In this document: positions 16,456 to 24,484 of the stretch, piece after piece
How the letters are laid out: each line of letters starts with the position of its first letter
Position numbering within the stretch: the stretch's first letter is position 1
Source: Erysipelothrix inopinata
GTDB lineage: Bacteria > Bacillota_I > Bacilli_A > Erysipelotrichales > Erysipelotrichaceae
NCBI RefSeq assembly: GCF_014396165.1
Contig: NZ_CP060715.1
Location: forward strand, 300,001-332,000
Direction of reading: 5' to 3'
Length of the DNA: 32,000 nt
Notes under the pieces: generated by a model
The model's database searches: none
Seen by the model: only the letters and a program-made list of their open reading frames with translations
What the model was told of the DNA's origin: nothing
Made by a program: the position numbers and the translations under genes

Positions 16456-17043
16456 TTATTTTGATTCATTATTTTCAATTAAACTTGTATGTTTTCTTAC
16501 GTAATAACCTGGCATCGCTGAACGATAGAATTCTGGAATTTTGGCTACATATTCTCTACGATCATTGTCTTCATCAATAGGTAACCACAATAAGTGATAA
16601 CCCACGCCAAATGCATCCCAATAATAGTGTGTCATTTTCGCATCATTCCTTAGGTAGAAATCAATACGACGTTCCCTAATATGAATTTCCTCGGAAATTT
16701 CTGTATCATTAGGACGCTCACTCTCTATCAATAACCCTTGGTACGATAAGGTTTGTTTCAGTAACTGAAGAAAAACACTTCCTAATCCTTCACTACGATG
16801 TGCCTTATCTATCGCGTAATAGTCTAAAAGCGCAATATTCTCTCCCTCATCTTTGATGAGACATGCATAACCATAGACATGGTTTTCTTTTTCTAAAACA
16901 TAAACTTCATATTTTGAATGTCGGAACATTCTGCGAATGCTTCGAACAGAGCGTCGCTCATTGTCTGGAAAGTCTACCATCATTCTTTCATCATAGATTG
17001 GTTTGAACTCATCAAATGAGATTGCTCTTACTGAATAATCCAC
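16456..17043 (-). CDS. GNAT-family N-acetyltransferase, ~195 aa
   Basis: Acetyl-CoA motif HRSEGLGSVFL. I prefer GTG 17043 behind AGAGGTG. The track's longer ORF would overlap maf and run through a terminator and a promoter. ATG 17115 is an alternative start. Confidence 0.75.
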   Translation of the reverse strand: MDYSVRAISFDEFKPIYDERMMVDFPDNERRSVRSIRRMFRHSKYEVYVLEKENHVYGYACLIKDEGENIALLDYYAIDKAHRSEGLGSVFLQLLKQTLSYQGLLIESERPNDTEISEEIHIRERRIDFYLRNDAKMTHYYWDAFGVGYHLLWLPIDEDNDRREYVAKIPEFYRSAMPGYYVRKHTSLIENNESK

Positions 17044-17068
17044 ATTAACACCTCTTTCATATCCAACT

Positions 17069-17077
17069 ATTATAGCA
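17069..17077 (-). promoter_or_regulatory. extended -10 promoter TGCTATAAT for GNAT plus kinase
   Basis: TGC-TATAAT on the minus strand, 12 nt upstream of the AGAGGTG SD. Confidence 0.5.
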
Positions 17078-17111
17078 CAAATGACTTTCCTTGTTTGAAG
17101 ATTGAACACTG

Positions 17112-17145
17112 ACATAAAAACCACCTCATAATTATGAAGTGGTTT
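17112..17145 (-). terminator. terminator after maf
   Basis: AAACCACTTCA-TAATTA-TGAGGTGGTTT (one G.U pair) followed by TTAT, 20 nt after the maf stop. Confidence 0.65.
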
Positions 17146-17165
17146 GCTTTTATATTTATAGTCTC

Positions 17166-17726
17166 TTACCAATTACGGTGTTCTAATTCATAGTTAACAC
17201 GGGAAATTGGTAATCCAATTACTGTATAATAATCACCAACAATGGATTCCACAAGTAAAGCCCCTCTACCTTGAATTCCATAGCTACCAGCTTTATCAAG
17301 TGGTTCGCGTGTTGCGACATAAGCTTCGATAGCTTCATCACTCAGCTCATAGAACTTAACATCCGTCTTCACGGAAAATGTTACATGTTCACGTACAGAA
17401 CGCATTGATACTCCTGTAATAACTTGGTGAGTTCTTCCTGATAATTTCTTAAGTGTGCTGATTGCATCTTCTTCAGACTCAGGTTTTCCTAATACTTGAC
17501 CGTCAATAACGACTACCGTATCTGCCCCGATTACGATTGTATTATCTTGAAGGTCAACCGACATTGCTTTATCATATGCCAGTTTTTCGATACGAGCATC
17601 AATTGGAAGATCTAAATCCATAACTTCTTCTGATGTTGGAGACACAACGCTAAATGGCAATCCGAGATATGTCAGAAGCTCTCTACGTCGTGGTGATTGA
17701 CTCGCTAATACTAATTTTTTTAACAT
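17166..17726 (-). CDS. maf: Maf-like nucleoside triphosphate pyrophosphatase, 186 aa
   Basis: LASQSPRRRELL N-terminus, ADTVV and KAGSYGIQG motifs. Confidence 0.93.
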   Translation of the reverse strand: MLKKLVLASQSPRRRELLTYLGLPFSVVSPTSEEVMDLDLPIDARIEKLAYDKAMSVDLQDNTIVIGADTVVVIDGQVLGKPESEEDAISTLKKLSGRTHQVITGVSMRSVREHVTFSVKTDVKFYELSDEAIEAYVATREPLDKAGSYGIQGRGALLVESIVGDYYTVIGLPISRVNYELEHRNW

Positions 17727-17755
17727 ATATATCCTCTTTCCTACAACATTATAAA

Positions 17756-18475
17756 CTATTTGTTTCGAATATACACATGTTTAACGTTAGTATTTGGAAT
17801 CTTTCGTTCTTCGATATCAAAACTACCCAATGCTTTAATAAGCGGAGTCAGTTGATGAAAGCCGTAAGTACGCGGATCGAAATCAGGATGTTTTCGGATA
17901 ATTGAGTTACCCAAGTCACCCATAAACACATAGCCATTTTCATCAGCCAAGTCTACAATGGATGCAGATATGAGTGATGAGAGTTGTTGTTTCATTTTAT
18001 TATTTAACTTTTCATCAGATGCTTGAACATTTTTCTCAATTTTATCGATGTTTTCAATATAAACAAATTTATCACACGAAGCGATAAAAGGAGTTGGTGT
18101 CTTTTCTTCACCGATTCCCATTACATACTTACCCGCTTCACGAAGGCGTACTGCCAGACGCGTAAAATCACTGTCACTGGAGACAATACAGAAACTATCG
18201 ACATTACCTTCATATAATAAATCCATCGCGTCTATAATCATTGCAGAGTCTGATGAATTCTTCCCTGATGTATACGAATATTGTTGGATTGGTATAATCG
18301 CATGTTCAAGTAAATGACTCTTCCATCCAGAAGCTGTTTGTTTTGTCCAATCACCATAAATTCGTTTCACTGTTGGTGTTCCGTATCGTGTTATTTCTCG
18401 TAAAATACCACTAATATTTGCATACGGAACATTCTCAGCATCAATCAAAACGGCAATTCGTTGATCATCTTTCAT
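17756..18475 (-). CDS. NYN (LabA-like PIN-fold) domain protein with C-terminal OST-HTH/LOTUS domain, 239 aa
   Basis: IAVLIDAENV .. KRIYGDW .. IVSSDSDFTRLA is NYN-like. The C-terminal ~75 aa (GYVFMGDLGNSIIRKHPDFDPRTYGF..L..LI) is OST-HTH-like. Confidence 0.8.
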   Translation of the reverse strand: MKDDQRIAVLIDAENVPYANISGILREITRYGTPTVKRIYGDWTKQTASGWKSHLLEHAIIPIQQYSYTSGKNSSDSAMIIDAMDLLYEGNVDSFCIVSSDSDFTRLAVRLREAGKYVMGIGEEKTPTPFIASCDKFVYIENIDKIEKNVQASDEKLNNKMKQQLSSLISASIVDLADENGYVFMGDLGNSIIRKHPDFDPRTYGFHQLTPLIKALGSFDIEERKIPNTNVKHVYIRNK

Positions 18476-18483
18476 AGGTTACC

Positions 18484-19800
18484 TCACTTTTCTATTTTAA
18501 ATTTAACGCCTTCATCATAATTCTCAACAGACACTTTATATCCGTAGTTTGTTACAACTTTATTAACGATTGAAAGGCCAAGTCCAAATTGACCTCCTTC
18601 ACCTTTTTCATAGGCTTTGAAGAGTTGTTCAATTCGCTCTGGCTTAATGTTAGAGCCATCGTTATAGACTGATAGATAATCATTATTTACCTCAATAACA
18701 ATTTCTGTCTTAGCATAACGTAATGCATTTTCTAATAAATTTTCAATAACAACACGCCACGGCTCATCATCACCTTGGAATGTACTTTCTTCACCCTCAA
18801 CACGAATATCAATTTCTGGTCTAATTTGACGCGTAGAAACAATTACTTGTTCCGTAATATCTCGTAGCTCAAGCTCATGCATTTCAACATTTTCTTTCGT
18901 AATATAATCCATGCGATTAAGCATTAGAAGATTAAAGACTTTTTTCTCAAGACGATCGGCATGCTCAATAATTACATCTACAGACTCTTCCAAAGTACCA
19001 TATGGATAAACACCATCTTTGATACTTTCTCCGTATGATTTGATCGTTGCAATTGGTGTCTTTAAGTCATGAGAGATATTCTGAATCATTTCCTCTTTAA
19101 CTTTTTCTTGGTGGCGAATTTCTTCATTCATCTCCACAAGAACGTTCGCCAGTTCACCAATTTCATCGCCTCTGTTTACATAAAGTGTCGCATCTTCATT
19201 TCTCTTAATTTTTTCTATATAATCACGAATTTGATTGAGTGGATGAATAATGTAGCTAACCCACGCTAAGAGTAAAATAAACACGACACCAATCATGATT
19301 ATCATCATATTAATAACTGAATTTAGAAGCATTGTTTTAAACTGGTTCTGATAGTTCTTGGAAATTAAAGTCGCAATGGTTGCCTTCTTACTTGGAATAT
19401 TGGTAATTGTATAAAGACTCTTATCTTTATACTTACCATCTACCGGTTTAGTAAGCTCTACGGCTTCCATTTGGATTTCAATCTGTTCTTGTAGGTCTTT
19501 ACTTACAGCATTGATATTATTTGAAATAATGCGGCCATCTTCTGTCATGATGATATGAATAATATTTGGATCATTAGCCCCATAAAGGTCACCATCATTC
19601 ATATCTCTAATATAGTTATAGATAACGTTTTGTTGAGCTGGATGAATTAGAGCATACATTTGTTTATCAACAAAGCTATCAATATTTAACGTAAGGGTCC
19701 CGAAGAAAAACAATAAGAAGAACGTAAAGGTAAAAACAACAATTGTAATCAATTGTTGTGTTAAGGATAATTTTTTAATGAAGGTGCGTAGCTTTTTCAT
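18484..19800 (-). CDS. sensor histidine kinase (2 TM, HAMP, HisKA, HATPase), 438 aa
   Basis: H-box SHDLKTPIATI, N-box ENLLENALRY, G-box GLGLSIV. Confidence 0.9.
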   Translation of the reverse strand: MKKLRTFIKKLSLTQQLITIVVFTFTFFLLFFFGTLTLNIDSFVDKQMYALIHPAQQNVIYNYIRDMNDGDLYGANDPNIIHIIMTEDGRIISNNINAVSKDLQEQIEIQMEAVELTKPVDGKYKDKSLYTITNIPSKKATIATLISKNYQNQFKTMLLNSVINMMIIMIGVVFILLLAWVSYIIHPLNQIRDYIEKIKRNEDATLYVNRGDEIGELANVLVEMNEEIRHQEKVKEEMIQNISHDLKTPIATIKSYGESIKDGVYPYGTLEESVDVIIEHADRLEKKVFNLLMLNRMDYITKENVEMHELELRDITEQVIVSTRQIRPEIDIRVEGEESTFQGDDEPWRVVIENLLENALRYAKTEIVIEVNNDYLSVYNDGSNIKPERIEQLFKAYEKGEGGQFGLGLSIVNKVVTNYGYKVSVENYDEGVKFKIEK

Positions 19801-20456
19801 TATCCGAGACGATATCCAAATCCATAGATTGTTTGAATATTAAGTCCTGGCATCTTCTTACGAAGACGTCTTAATGTATCATCTACTACACGGTCAGATC
19901 CGAAATAGTTAGTTTCCCAAACTTTTACAAGGATTTGTTCTCGTGTAAATGCGACACCACGGTTTTTTACGAACATCATTAAAAGATCAAATTCTTTTGT
20001 AGTAAGCTCAAGTTCATAGCCATCTTTTGAAGCCTTACGTTGCTTCTCATCGATGATATAGCCATCAACTTCAGTTTGTATATCTTGGTTATACGCACGC
20101 TTAATAATGTTATTTACGCGCAATACCAATTCTTTTGGGGAGAAAGGTTTCGTGATGTAGTCATCACTTCCCTTTTCGAGTCCAATAATACGATCAAATT
20201 CTTTATCACGTGCTGACATAAAGATTACTGGTGTTGATTGTGCATGAGATTTAATTCGTTCAATCAAATCAAAACCACTTTTATCATCTAGCATTATATC
20301 TAAGATCCATAAATGTACATCATCATCATAAACATGCGCATTTGCTTCATCATATGTAAAGTATGAACGAACTTCATAACCCGCATTTTCAAGATAACTC
20401 TTTACAAGTTCATTTAAGTCTCTTTCGTCTTCAACAATATTAATGACATACTTCAT
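19800..20456 (-). CDS. OmpR-family response regulator, 218 aa
   Basis: Receiver domain (DIMLDD, K at ITKPF) plus winged helix ending YGFGYRL. Start set at ATG 20456 behind AGGTGA. TAATG overlap with the kinase gene. Confidence 0.9.
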   Translation of the reverse strand: MKYVINIVEDERDLNELVKSYLENAGYEVRSYFTYDEANAHVYDDDVHLWILDIMLDDKSGFDLIERIKSHAQSTPVIFMSARDKEFDRIIGLEKGSDDYITKPFSPKELVLRVNNIIKRAYNQDIQTEVDGYIIDEKQRKASKDGYELELTTKEFDLLMMFVKNRGVAFTREQILVKVWETNYFGSDRVVDDTLRRLRKKMPGLNIQTIYGFGYRLG

Positions 20457-20465
20457 ATTTATCAC

Positions 20466-21788
20466 CTACCCAATATTTTTTATTATTTCAATCATATCAG
20501 AAACATGGCGATCACAAATTTCTTGAGTTTTTGCTTCTACCATGACACGAATTAACGGTTCAGTACCTGAAGGTCTTACTAAGATTCGTCCTTCATCTCC
20601 CAATTCATTTTCAATACGCTCAATTTCTTTTGCTACAGTAGCATCTTCTAAAATAACTTTTTTGTCTTTAACTCGTAGGTTTTCAAGGAGTTGTGGGTAT
20701 TGCACGAATTCTTCGTTAAGTTCAAATAAGCTTTGATTATGCTTAACAGCAACTTCTGAAAGAACAAGCGCTGTAAGAACACCATCTCCAGTTGTTGCAT
20801 AGTCTTTCAAGATAATGTGGCCTGATTGTTCCCCACCAAGTTTATAATCGTTTGCGAACATTTCTTGGTAAACATAGCGGTCTCCAACTTGTGTTGTAAT
20901 TACATTAAGTCCATATTTTTCACAGACCTTTTTGAAACCAATGTTCGCCATGACTGTCGAAACAATCGTATCATCTTTCAACATTTCTTTTTCTTTTAGG
21001 TATCGACCAAGAATGTAAAGAATTCCATCCCCATCAACAAGGTTTCCCTTATGATCCACCGCTAGACAACGGTCAGCATCACCATCAAAAGCGAATCCCA
21101 TATCTGCTTTTTCAGACACGACACGATCCATTAAACTTTCTGGATGCGTTGAGCCACAATTAGTATTTATATTAATACCATCGGGTTCATTATTCATCAC
21201 GATAACGTTAGCACCCAGTGTTTTAAATGCATTTTCTGCAGACGAAACTGCCGAACCATTTGCACAATCTAAGACAATTTTTAAATTATCGAAGCGAACA
21301 TCAATCAAGCTTTCAATGTGTTCTAGGTATGCATCAACGCCTGATGCAAAATCAATCACACGACCGATTTCATTTTCATGTGCGGGTTCAATGCTAATAT
21401 CACCATCAATATATGATTCAATTTCATCTTCAAATTGACTTGATATTTTCATACCGTTGGATGCAAAGCATTTTAATCCATTATCGTGATATGGATTATG
21501 ACTTGCGGAAATCATGACGCCACCTTCAAATCCGTGATTATTTACAGTGTATGCAAGTGCAGGTGTTGCACATACTCCGAGTAAGTAGACATCAGCACCA
21601 TATGATGTTGCTCCAGCTGCAATAGCTGAAGCAAACATCGTTGAGGAAAGACGTGTGTCTTGCCCAACAACAATTTTTTTGCCACGGTGCGTGTATCCAA
21701 GATATTGTCCTACCTTGAGTGCCAACTCAACGGTTAAACCTTCATTAGCTTTTCCACGAATTCCATCTGTTCCAAAATATTTAGTCAT
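20466..21788 (-). CDS. glmM: phosphoglucosamine mutase, 440 aa
   Basis: FGTDGIRG, active-site SASHNP and GDGDADR motifs. Located downstream of cdaA-cdaR. Confidence 0.96.
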   Translation of the reverse strand: MTKYFGTDGIRGKANEGLTVELALKVGQYLGYTHRGKKIVVGQDTRLSSTMFASAIAAGATSYGADVYLLGVCATPALAYTVNNHGFEGGVMISASHNPYHDNGLKCFASNGMKISSQFEDEIESYIDGDISIEPAHENEIGRVIDFASGVDAYLEHIESLIDVRFDNLKIVLDCANGSAVSSAENAFKTLGANVIVMNNEPDGININTNCGSTHPESLMDRVVSEKADMGFAFDGDADRCLAVDHKGNLVDGDGILYILGRYLKEKEMLKDDTIVSTVMANIGFKKVCEKYGLNVITTQVGDRYVYQEMFANDYKLGGEQSGHIILKDYATTGDGVLTALVLSEVAVKHNQSLFELNEEFVQYPQLLENLRVKDKKVILEDATVAKEIERIENELGDEGRILVRPSGTEPLIRVMVEAKTQEICDRHVSDMIEIIKNIG

Positions 21789-21802
21789 AATCCTATATAC
21801 TC

Positions 21803-23200
21803 CTACCTACTTGTTTTAAATTCAAATGTTTCATCACTGAGCTTCATTCTATAGTATGCGAAATTAGCTCCAGTACCGTCCTCACTTCGAATGTAGAGTT
21901 TCTCATTATAAGTTTTATCCGGTTCAAGATCACGCATATTTACATACACGTAAACCTTATTTACATCAAATTCATCGAGTTTTTCTTTTGTCCCTGTAAC
22001 GGTTAGGGTTGTGGTTGCCTTCGATACATCCACTAATTCTGCTTTCAAGTTATTATTGTTGTAAGCATAGTTAATTGGAATGTCATTAAAGGTACGCGTT
22101 TCAGCATCACCTAATTTAATGTCCAGGTTAACTTTTGTTACGTTAGCGTTTCGAACTTTCGTTGGAAGGCTAATTGTATGTACCATCTTCACATCTTCCG
22201 TTAATGTTGCGGCGGAGATTGGTATCTTAATGTCATCAATGCTATCCAGAACCGATTGCTCTGCATATATTGTAATGGCCTCGTTATCCATTTCGAAACT
22301 AGAAATAGCTTTTCCATTTGGAATTTCACCTTCGAATACAGGAACAATTGGAACCCGTTTATTTGGTGAAGAAATTGGCACTTCTACAGTTACCTTGTTT
22401 GGAATAATATCAACAGTATCAATACGCTCTCCTTGTTGATCGTAGGCAACAATCATTGCATCAGTCGTAAAGGTTTCTGTACGTCCTGATACATCAATTA
22501 ACGCTTTAACTAAAGCAACTTTCTCGAGTGTTTCTTTTGATCCCTTAATAGATACTTCACTACGATGAGGGACATAAGTAGGTTCTCCTACTACATATTG
22601 AGCCCCAAGCTTATCTTGATTAATAAAGTCATAGCCTAGAGCCATGTTTGAAGCTTCTTTTGTTTTAATCTTAATTGAAGCCGATGCTGGCTCAATTACA
22701 GTACGAACACGTCCTGACAATCCAGAAACTTTATATTGAACACGGTGTTCACCTTCAGTAAGTCCACTAAGGTCAAGTTCAACCTTAAGGTCAGTACTTT
22801 GTTGGTTAATAGCGTTCACTTCACTAAAGTCACCATTTACAAATACAGTTACTGCTTTCTCATAGCCTGTTACTTCATACATTTCCGAGTTGTAGTTTAA
22901 TACTACTGGAACTGAATCAATGGTTATAGAGTGTTGTGGAGCACGTGTTGACGTGACTCCTGTTGAGTTAAATGCGAAATATAACAACAATGCAATCCCA
23001 AAGGCTACGAGTTTACTGTGTTTAGGATTAAAGAGTACACGATCAAAACCAGCACTTAACCAACGAATTAGTTTCATAAAGGATTCACCAACAGCTTCAG
23101 TTCGTTTGGTTATTTTCTCTGATTTTTCAGCAATAACTTGAGCAAGCTCAAGTTTCTCTTCAGGTGTTTCTGCTTTTTTCTTATTTTTCTTCAGATTCAT
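21803..23200 (-). CDS. cdaR: CdaR (YbbR-repeat) regulator of CdaA, 465 aa
   Basis: One N-terminal TM helix followed by repeated YbbR-like beta modules. Start at ATG 23200 behind GAAGGAGGTGA. 20-nt overlap with cdaA. Confidence 0.85.
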   Translation of the reverse strand: MNLKKNKKKAETPEEKLELAQVIAEKSEKITKRTEAVGESFMKLIRWLSAGFDRVLFNPKHSKLVAFGIALLLYFAFNSTGVTSTRAPQHSITIDSVPVVLNYNSEMYEVTGYEKAVTVFVNGDFSEVNAINQQSTDLKVELDLSGLTEGEHRVQYKVSGLSGRVRTVIEPASASIKIKTKEASNMALGYDFINQDKLGAQYVVGEPTYVPHRSEVSIKGSKETLEKVALVKALIDVSGRTETFTTDAMIVAYDQQGERIDTVDIIPNKVTVEVPISSPNKRVPIVPVFEGEIPNGKAISSFEMDNEAITIYAEQSVLDSIDDIKIPISAATLTEDVKMVHTISLPTKVRNANVTKVNLDIKLGDAETRTFNDIPINYAYNNNNLKAELVDVSKATTTLTVTGTKEKLDEFDVNKVYVYVNMRDLEPDKTYNEKLYIRSEDGTGANFAYYRMKLSDETFEFKTSR

Positions 23201-24374
23201 CGCGCTCACCTCCTTCAACTTCTGATGCTTGATCATCAACTTGATGCTCATCATCTATTGGAGTAGTTTCCTCAACGTTCACCTTGTCGTCATTTTGTAC
23301 TTCATCAACGATTGGTGCTTTATCTTCAACAATAACTTCTTCAGAATTTACTGTTTCTTTTGAAGCTTCTTCATCTTCTTTTTCGTTTTCTTTGTCTTTT
23401 TTATCTGATGCTTTTTTAGGTTGTTTCTTAAAGATGTTGATGAGTTTAGAGAAGTCCTTCTTTTCATTTTCATCTTCATCAGTTTCTAATAAGACATCTG
23501 GTGTATCAAGTTTTTCAATCTTAATTGGGTCTACATTGATTTTAGCTAAATTGAAGCGACGGCTTCTCTTTAAACCAACACTGTGACTTACTTCTGTTTC
23601 TGAATTTTGGATTAATAAGTTGAGATACTCACGAAGACTCTTCTCATCCATCTCTTTGAGTTTACCAGCTTCCGCAATTGAAACAGTACCTGTTTCTTCG
23701 GAAACAACAATCGTAATAGAATCTGTAATTTCTGAGATTCCGATCGCTGCACGGTGACGCGCACCATAGCGTACAGGAAGTTCTTGATTGGTTGGTGGGA
23801 AATACGCAGATGCACAAGCGATACGATCTCCTTGAATAATCACCGCACCATCATGAAGTGGTGTTGAAGTCACAAAAATTGAAGTTAGTAATTCTGCGGA
23901 TACAGATGAATTAATAGGATTACCTGTCTTAATATAATCTGCAAGAGAATGACCTTGCTCCAAAGTAATAAGAGCTCCTGTCTTACGATCTGAAAGAACC
24001 ATGGTTGCTTCTACTAAAGAATCAATAAGCTCTTCTTTTTCATTTCCTGACAAGGAATGAAGTGCTGAAAAGACTGAGGTTTTACCTAAGCGTTCCAACA
24101 TTGATCGAATTTCTGGTTGGAATATGATAACGACAACAATAAGTCCGTATGCCATAACATAATCCAAGATTTGTTTGAGTGTTGTAAACCCAAGTTTTTG
24201 TGATAAGAACCACATGAATACAACAACGATAATTCCTTTAAATATTTGTACAGTACGGGAATTATTTCGTACGATTTTTAATACATAATAGACTAAAACC
24301 CAGATTATTAAGAAGTCTAAAAAGAATCTTAATCCGGATATAATCGATTGAAATGTTATTAAGGTATTTTGCAT
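23181..24374 (-). CDS. cdaA: diadenylate cyclase CdaA with a ~140-aa acidic C-terminal extension, 397 aa
   Basis: Three TM helices then a DAC domain (HDGAVII, GARHRAA). Start at ATG 24374 behind GGGAGGT. The tail from about residue 258 is D/E/K-rich. Confidence 0.9.
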   Translation of the reverse strand: MQNTLITFQSIISGLRFFLDFLIIWVLVYYVLKIVRNNSRTVQIFKGIIVVVFMWFLSQKLGFTTLKQILDYVMAYGLIVVVIIFQPEIRSMLERLGKTSVFSALHSLSGNEKEELIDSLVEATMVLSDRKTGALITLEQGHSLADYIKTGNPINSSVSAELLTSIFVTSTPLHDGAVIIQGDRIACASAYFPPTNQELPVRYGARHRAAIGISEITDSITIVVSEETGTVSIAEAGKLKEMDEKSLREYLNLLIQNSETEVSHSVGLKRSRRFNLAKINVDPIKIEKLDTPDVLLETDEDENEKKDFSKLINIFKKQPKKASDKKDKENEKEDEEASKETVNSEEVIVEDKAPIVDEVQNDDKVNVEETTPIDDEHQVDDQASEVEGGERDESEEK

Positions 24375-24431
24375 ATTTACCTCCCTAGTCTTCATAATTA
24401 TAACATGGTCATCACGAATAATCATGACTGT

Positions 24432-24459
24432 ATTTTAGAATATCACATTTTTGTGTCAA
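24432..24459 (-). promoter_or_regulatory. cdaA promoter
   Basis: TTGACA (24454-24459), 16 nt, TAAAAT (24432-24437). Confidence 0.6.
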
Positions 24460-24484
24460 ACACACAGACTCACATAACTTCACA

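Noticed and set aside
17044-17172. Long N-terminal extension of the GNAT ORF overlapping the end of maf
   Set aside because: The extension would be translated across a terminator hairpin and an extended -10 promoter. The GTG at 17043 has an AGAGGTG SD and gives a normal GNAT length. ATG 17115 remains a possible alternative.
22080-23586. Plus-strand ORFs of 119, 73 and 100 aa antisense to cdaR and cdaA
   Set aside because: They lie opposite well-supported genes. The 100-aa Ser-rich one is simply the complement of the GAA/GAT-rich acidic tail of cdaA. No start context is present.
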